Shown piece by piece: positions 59,047-64,000 of a stretch of 64,000 bases of DNA. A program made the position numbers and the translations under genes. The notes under the pieces were generated by a model. The model was given only the letters and a program-made list of their open reading frames with translations, was not told the DNA's origin and did not search any database. Every line of letters begins with the position of its first letter. The first letter of the stretch is position 1. The DNA is from an uncultured virus (IMG/VR IMGVR_UViG_3300026413_000011) (Duplodnaviria; Heunggongvirae; Uroviricota; Caudoviricetes), in IMG/VR virus record IMGVR_UViG_3300026413_000011, positions 1 to 64,000 of that record; one strand, given 5' to 3'.

Positions 59047-59310
59047 ATGGCCCTCACACAAGAAAACATTGACGCGGTAGCTGCTTCGGTTGCAGATGCT
59101 AACGATGCAAAGCAAAAAGAAATCCTGGATTCGTTGGTAGGTATTCGTATCGAAGCCAGCGCATTGCCGCAAGAACAAGGCATTGTCCACGCCATTGCTG
59201 AAACGGCGCGTGTGTATGAAAATGCTTTCTGCCTGGAAGTATCGGCTGAAGGTTGCGCTACTGAGTTCATGGGGGCAGCCGATCGTTTCATCGAAGAAGT
59301 CAACTCATGA
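59047..59310 (+). CDS. Small acidic protein (ends in VNS)
   Basis: Operon spacing. Confidence 0.75.
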   Translation: MALTQENIDAVAASVADANDAKQKEILDSLVGIRIEASALPQEQGIVHAIAETARVYENAFCLEVSAEGCATEFMGAADRFIEEVNS

Positions 59311-59543
59311 GCCAGATCACTGATGAAGCTGTAGATATCGCTGCACAGCAGTTCATCAACTGGGCCCGTGACCAACATGGCGAAGACTTCGAACGCCACG
59401 CTCCGGGGCTTGAGGGAGCTCTGAACGCCCTTACTGCTGCTGGTATCCTCGAACCTGATTTCCAATCGCGCGTATTGGAATCGATGAAAGCGATTTCCAC
59501 GGCAGAAGAAGAACAGGCACTGGAGGATTTCTTTGGTTCTTGA
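59307..59543 (+). CDS. Small acidic protein
   Basis: ATGA overlap. Confidence 0.75.
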   Translation: MSQITDEAVDIAAQQFINWARDQHGEDFERHAPGLEGALNALTAAGILEPDFQSRVLESMKAISTAEEEQALEDFFGS

Positions 59544-60159
59544 TCCCCTACCTACACAAGACGAGTGGGAGGATAAGTACGATCAGAGTAGTCTCACATA
59601 CGAGACAGCTTCAGAACTACATGCCCTAGGTATCCCTCACCCGTCTACAGATGACGACATGTCATGGACAGCGTATGAAACTCCGTCATTTGCACTGGAG
59701 TATCTACGCCCACAACTTCGTGATGTTCGTGACGATGTATTGGCTCGTGCAAAAAATCACTTGCCAATGCAATACCATGCAGTGATCAGTGCCGCGTTAC
59801 AAGATGCGATCACAGACACAGCGTGCACCATCAACAATCAAGTCAGAATGGTCGACTGTGGCCATACCGAACTCTGGGGTTTACATCTAAACCTCTGGAA
59901 CACTCAAACAAGGAACTCTGTAATGTCCGATACTCAAGCTGGCAACACCACCACCGAAAACAACGCTGCTGTAGTTGCCGCAATCAACGTCATGCGCACC
60001 GAAGCACTGGCTGTTGAAGACAAGACCCTGGCTGTCAACACCGCCATCACCGGCACCGTTGTCGTTCTGGAAGAAGCCTTTGCATCGGGTGGCATCTCCA
60101 CTGTTCAAGGTCTGAGCGAATCGCTGAATGCTTCCTGGGCTGAGACCGTTAACTCGTAA
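59533..60159 (+). CDS. Hypothetical protein with a likely internal start at 59923 (ends in VNS)
   Basis: GGAGG before TTG 59533; AAGGA before in-frame ATG 59923. Confidence 0.65.
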   Translation: MVLDPLPTQDEWEDKYDQSSLTYETASELHALGIPHPSTDDDMSWTAYETPSFALEYLRPQLRDVRDDVLARAKNHLPMQYHAVISAALQDAITDTACTINNQVRMVDCGHTELWGLHLNLWNTQTRNSVMSDTQAGNTTTENNAAVVAAINVMRTEALAVEDKTLAVNTAITGTVVVLEEAFASGGISTVQGLSESLNASWAETVNS

Positions 60160-60165
60160 GGAACA

Positions 60166-60516
60166 ATGATGGACTTCCCTGTTTACTGGCAAGGTAGTGT
60201 TATCGGTGCGGTCATGGGCATTGCCTTGATCGTCACCCTGGGTATCTGGCTGATCCGTTCGAAAGCCGAACTGGTCGCTGGTATTACCGCCAAATGGCGT
60301 TGGCTGCTGAGCATCGCAGTCCTCGTGCTTTGGACTGGTAGCTTCATCAACGTCGGCGTCCATCAAGTCCAAGGCGATCGTGCTCGCTTCGATCAGGTTG
60401 GTACACTGACCGAAAAGCGTGAAGTGGTTCGTCCTGAATCCGCTTCTCCTGAGTCGACAAAGAAAGCTGCTGCTGAACTGCGTAAAGAAATTGACGCTGG
60501 CAATCTCGACAAATAA
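60166..60516 (+). CDS. Two-TM membrane protein
   Basis: AAGGA SD; two hydrophobic helices; upstream of the SPFH gene. Confidence 0.75.
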   Translation: MMDFPVYWQGSVIGAVMGIALIVTLGIWLIRSKAELVAGITAKWRWLLSIAVLVLWTGSFINVGVHQVQGDRARFDQVGTLTEKREVVRPESASPESTKKAAAELRKEIDAGNLDK

Positions 60517-60577
60517 TTCGATAGCCCGATAAGTCGGGCTGTCTGCTGCACCTCTCAAATTCAAAAGGAATAGCTGC

Positions 60578-61441
60578 ATGAAACTGCTGTCTGTTATCAA
60601 ATCTGCTGCACTCGCCATGGTTGCTGTCGTTGCACTGCAAGGCTGCTCGTTCGAAGTCATCCCACCTGCTTACAAAGGTAAGGTCCTGACCACCTCAGGC
60701 TACAACCCAGAGATCCTGGAACCAGGTAAAGAAACTCTGTGGGGCCGTGATGAACTGGTCTTGCTGGAAACCGGTACTCGCACCGTTGCCGAAACCATCA
60801 CCGTGAAGATGGAAGACAAACTGGACCTGACTTTCGACGTCAAGTTCCGTACTCGTATCGGTGGTAACGAGAAAATTCTTAACCAGATGTTCAACGACAT
60901 CCAGGTCAAAGACAAACGCGTTACTCTGCAGCAAGTCTACGGTGTCTACGGTCTGGACGTAGTGCAGTCGGTTTCCCGTTCGGTTGTAGGCAAGTACAAA
61001 ACCGAAGACGTAGCTGCCAACTTCGACAACATCACCAAAGACCTCGGCGATCGTCTGGTTAAAGCAATGGCCTCTTCTCCTCTGGAAGTTTCCAACGTAA
61101 CTCTGGGTAACCTGCAATACCCTAAAGTTATTACCGATGCCATCGAGAAACAATCCGAGCGTAAGCTGGCTATCGAAACCGAAACCAACCAGCAAGCCAT
61201 CGAAACTGCCAAGCGTACCAACGCTCTGGCGCTGGCCCAACTGGATCGCGATATCGAGCTAACTAAAGCCAAGACCCTGCGTGACTCCAACGCCATCACT
61301 GCTGATGGCCTGAGTGATCGCCTGCTGCAATACAAAGCCCTGGAAGTTCAAGGCGAAATGGCTAAGAACAACGCTGCTATCTTCGTGCCATACGAAGCTA
61401 TCGGTACCTCGGGCATGTCTAACCGCATGTTCGGCAAGTAA
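60578..61441 (+). CDS. SPFH/Band 7/prohibitin-family lipoprotein
   Basis: Lipobox LQGC; VIPPAYKG..., LQYPKVITDAIE and C-terminal coiled coil typical of SPFH. Confidence 0.8.
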   Translation: MKLLSVIKSAALAMVAVVALQGCSFEVIPPAYKGKVLTTSGYNPEILEPGKETLWGRDELVLLETGTRTVAETITVKMEDKLDLTFDVKFRTRIGGNEKILNQMFNDIQVKDKRVTLQQVYGVYGLDVVQSVSRSVVGKYKTEDVAANFDNITKDLGDRLVKAMASSPLEVSNVTLGNLQYPKVITDAIEKQSERKLAIETETNQQAIETAKRTNALALAQLDRDIELTKAKTLRDSNAITADGLSDRLLQYKALEVQGEMAKNNAAIFVPYEAIGTSGMSNRMFGK

Positions 61442-61448
61442 TACAGAT

Positions 61449-61485
61449 GCCTCCCTTCGGGGAGGCTTTCTGCCGTTTCTTTTTT
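61449..61485 (+). terminator. Hairpin terminator
   Basis: GCCTCCC-TTCG-GGGAGGC then TTTCTG and T-run. Confidence 0.8.
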
Positions 61486-61496
61486 CGAGGTTTCTT

Positions 61497-61727
61497 ATGT
61501 TTGGTAATAATGATAAATTCTTTTCTGGTTTGGTGGCATACATTCATGATGCACTCCCCCATGTGGATGAATCTGAGCTTAGGTCTGTTCACCTAGGGAC
61601 TAAGCTTGCTCTGGATTACTTTGAGCTCACCATCTCGTCTGGTGAATCTAACACAAGTATGATCTCAGAAGAGTTCCAAAAGCACGTTGATATATTCTAC
61701 GCTAACCCTGAGGAAACCGCAGTGTGA
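61497..61727 (+). CDS. Small hypothetical protein
   Basis: GAGG SD before ATG 61497. Confidence 0.65.
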   Translation: MFGNNDKFFSGLVAYIHDALPHVDESELRSVHLGTKLALDYFELTISSGESNTSMISEEFQKHVDIFYANPEETAV

Positions 61728-62008
61728 CAGATTACAGAGAACTATTCCATGACATGATCGTAGAGTCTCAGGGTAAGTCGTACGCAGAGAACCATCAAGA
61801 TCCATGTCCTATCATGCTTGGCTATTACAATGGTCAACGACATGGGATACTCCACGGTATTACCCTAGGTTTCCGTACGATGGCTGAAGCTGGCCATCTA
61901 CCGCAAGCTATTTATGAAGGGTGGCACGAATTCGTGTATTCTAAAGCAATGGAAGACCCACGGGTGTATCGGGATACCGTTATTAAAGAACGTTCGGAGC
62001 GAGAGTAA
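61724..62008 (+). CDS. Small hypothetical protein
   Basis: GAGGA SD, GTGA overlap. Confidence 0.7.
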   Translation: MTDYRELFHDMIVESQGKSYAENHQDPCPIMLGYYNGQRHGILHGITLGFRTMAEAGHLPQAIYEGWHEFVYSKAMEDPRVYRDTVIKERSERE

Positions 62009-62009
62009 C

Positions 62010-62246
62010 ATGAGCACTGTCAAACAACCCATGATTGTCATCAACGATCAGGAAGCTTTCTTAGAAGGCTTAGCCAAACACATGTCTGCCCAGTCCGATG
62101 GTGAAGCTGGTGCAGATCGCCTAAGGGTTGAAGGGGCTGCACAAGTGATGGATTACATCGACATTGTGCGTGTGCCTAAAGAGCATGAGAACTTTGCACC
62201 AATGACCAGCAAGTTTTACGAATACGTTGGGTTGTTTTTCGATTAA
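62010..62246 (+). CDS. Small hypothetical protein
   Basis: GGAG SD before ATG 62010. Confidence 0.7.
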   Translation: MSTVKQPMIVINDQEAFLEGLAKHMSAQSDGEAGADRLRVEGAAQVMDYIDIVRVPKEHENFAPMTSKFYEYVGLFFD

Positions 62247-62293
62247 TAAATACGCACTGCTTTCTGGTATGTACCACAACCAGGAACTTTGCA

Positions 62294-62401
62294 ATGAAAC
62301 AAAAACTGCTCTCGTTTGTCTATGCTTATCGTGCACCTATCGGGCTCGCAGCGGTAGGCTTGCTTTACATCTCTTTTGTCCTCTACACCAAAATGACCTA
62401 A
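62294..62401 (+). CDS. 35-aa single-TM peptide
   Basis: AGGA SD; MKQKLLSFVYAYRAPIGLAAVGLLYISFVLYTKMT. Confidence 0.5.
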   Translation: MKQKLLSFVYAYRAPIGLAAVGLLYISFVLYTKMT

Positions 62402-62413
62402 CAGGAATCCGAA

Positions 62414-62866
62414 ATGTTTACGCTGCCTTCGCCTACCGTCACCGTTACTGCCGTATGTATCGTCATTGTTGCACTTGTGGCATACTACACCTGGGTGTAT
62501 CTCATCAACATCCAAGGTGGCGGATTGAAAGAATGGGTTGATAACGATTTCCCTGAAGTCGTACACACGCCCAAAAGAACATGGTTCACCGGGTTCCGTT
62601 TCAAACGACATGGTGTTGATGCTATTGCCATGTTGGAACAACCGCTGTTCCTTGAGTATGACGAGTCTGGTCGTCTGGGTGCTTTCGGTGCAGCTGACCA
62701 GCACGCTTGGAATATCCGTGATAAAGAACAATGTGCTTATGACTTCGGTGTAGAAATCGAACAACTCGTTGGTGGTCAATTGGCTATTACCGAGAAGTTC
62801 AAGAAAATCTCTATCACCGAAATCGAACCAATCATCGAGGACTCCGCTTGTGAGCGACACGATTAA
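62414..62866 (+). CDS. Membrane-anchored hypothetical protein
   Basis: AGGA SD; N-terminal TM. Confidence 0.75.
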   Translation: MFTLPSPTVTVTAVCIVIVALVAYYTWVYLINIQGGGLKEWVDNDFPEVVHTPKRTWFTGFRFKRHGVDAIAMLEQPLFLEYDESGRLGAFGAADQHAWNIRDKEQCAYDFGVEIEQLVGGQLAITEKFKKISITEIEPIIEDSACERHD

Positions 62867-63212
62867 TGCACCAGCCGTAACACGGCAAGAACTCGAACAC
62901 GCGCATGCTGTTCTTAAAGACCTGGAACGGAAGATGGTTGAAAGCTCACGTGTTGCTCGTGTAGCTTTCTTCTCTGAAATCCAAACTCAAGTAAATGACC
63001 GTAACATTCCGGCGTTTGCTAAAGGGGCTACCATGTCCCAAGCTTACCGAATGGGTATGGACGCTGGCGTAGAAGCTACGTTGGTCAGTATCGATAACTG
63101 CTCGGTAGTAATGACCGATGGTCGTGAGCGCATGCTGAACGTTGATCTGTCTGGTGATGAACCAGACATCGTTCCTATTGCCGACATGTGGGCAAGTTAC
63201 ATTAATAGCTGA
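62850..63212 (+). CDS. Hypothetical protein (ends in INS)
   Basis: GAGGA SD before GTG 62850. Confidence 0.7.
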   Translation: MSDTINAPAVTRQELEHAHAVLKDLERKMVESSRVARVAFFSEIQTQVNDRNIPAFAKGATMSQAYRMGMDAGVEATLVSIDNCSVVMTDGRERMLNVDLSGDEPDIVPIADMWASYINS

Positions 63213-63273
63213 GGGTGTGTGATCTTATGTATCTACCTATGTAGATTCCTCTGAGATCACAAAGGAGCCCACT

Positions 63274-63822
63274 ATGGCTATTCTAACTCAAGCTGCTGCT
63301 GTTGCACAACGTATCGAACTGGACAATGCTCCACTCGAAGAAGCGATCAATGCGCACCTGACTACCCAACGTGTTATCGATTACCTCGGCAACGATGAAA
63401 TCGAAACTCACAACCTGAAAGTGATTGTCGATAAGACTGTTCTGACCGTTGCTGCTCAAGCCGCTTTGAAAGAAGCTGTTGAAGCTGCTGGCTGGGAACA
63501 AGTAGTTGTCACCCAAGAAGCTACTCGTGTAGTTGTTTCTTTCGCTGACAAAGCTGCTCCAGTCGTACCTGACGTCTACGTTGCTACTGTAACTCCAGCC
63601 TCGCCTAGCGCTGCTGTTGGCGCTACCGTACAACTGGTTGTAACCGTCACCAAGAACGGCCAGCCATACACCGCATCGCCGACCTTCACTTCTGGTAGCA
63701 CCGCTAAGGCCACCGTTAATTCGACTGGTCTGGTTACTGGTGTTGAAGCCGGTACCTCGGTTATCACCATTGCTGAAGCTGGCAAGTACAGCGTCACCAA
63801 GACTGTTACCGTTACTGCTTAA
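63274..63822 (+). CDS. Ig-like (Big_2) domain protein, probable virion decoration protein
   Basis: C-terminal VGATVQL...TFTSGSTAKATVNSTGLVTGVEAGTSVIT Ig signature; AAGGAG SD. Confidence 0.8.
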   Translation: MAILTQAAAVAQRIELDNAPLEEAINAHLTTQRVIDYLGNDEIETHNLKVIVDKTVLTVAAQAALKEAVEAAGWEQVVVTQEATRVVVSFADKAAPVVPDVYVATVTPASPSAAVGATVQLVVTVTKNGQPYTASPTFTSGSTAKATVNSTGLVTGVEAGTSVITIAEAGKYSVTKTVTVTA

Positions 63823-63829
63823 TCATACT

Positions 63830-63868
63830 GCTTCCCTTCGGGGAAGCTTTATGCCGTATTTTTTTTTT
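63830..63868 (+). terminator. Hairpin terminator
   Basis: GCTTCCC-TTCG-GGGAAGC then TTTATG and T-run. Confidence 0.8.
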
Positions 63869-63902
63869 GAAGAAAAGACTTGATTTAAACATTTTAAAAG
63901 CC

Positions 63903-63917
63903 TATATTACTTTCGTG
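63903..63917 (+). promoter_or_regulatory. phiKZ-type early promoter
   Basis: ATTTAAAC...AAAGCC-TATATTAC-N5-TG. Confidence 0.8.
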
Positions 63918-63945
63918 GATTAAGAAAACTATGGAGCAACACGAT

Positions 63946-64000
63946 ATGCCTACTAAAGAACAAATTGCTGCAGCTCTCCCGAAGCACGTTGCAAAACACA
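63946..64000 (+). CDS. Start of an early gene (truncated by the window end)
   Basis: GGAG SD, open frame to the end. Confidence 0.55.
   Translation, partial: MPTKEQIAAALPKHVAKH

Overview
This window is part of a phiKZ-like (Chimalliviridae-type) jumbo phage genome, most likely infecting Pseudomonas; the family and host are inferred from sequence features, not from a database hit. The evidence is: dense, mostly + strand small ORFs; ten copies of the phiKZ-type early promoter TATATTAC (here CTATAT[T/A/C]AC-N5-TG); about 20 hairpin terminators, mostly with UUCG loops; and a nucleotide-metabolism gene set (thymidylate kinase, dCTP deaminase, thymidylate synthase, NAD-dependent DNA ligase). A minus-strand block at 12.0-20.1 kb encodes an SF2 helicase and tail-fibre/receptor-binding-like proteins. 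An early-promoter-led gene run at 37.4-43.3 kb encodes an SspB-like protein, a Bcs1-like AAA ATPase and an adjacent PRPP-synthetase-like plus Nampt-like pair, the layout of the NARP1 anti-defence NAD+ reconstitution pathway. An RNA ligase, an SPFH protein and an Ig-domain protein are also present. The most striking unannotated element is a structured non-coding RNA candidate of about 125-160 nt at 20220-20380. It has a closing stem, internal hairpins and its own terminator, and displays AGGAGGTGATCCAGCC, a 16-nt perfect complement of the 3' end of 16S rRNA. Other oddities are a sigma70-type promoter driving one small gene, a shared C-terminal (I/V)NS tag on five proteins, RBS-enclosing hairpins and several paralog families. 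No tRNA, CRISPR array or mobile element was recognised. All product calls are from motifs read by eye.
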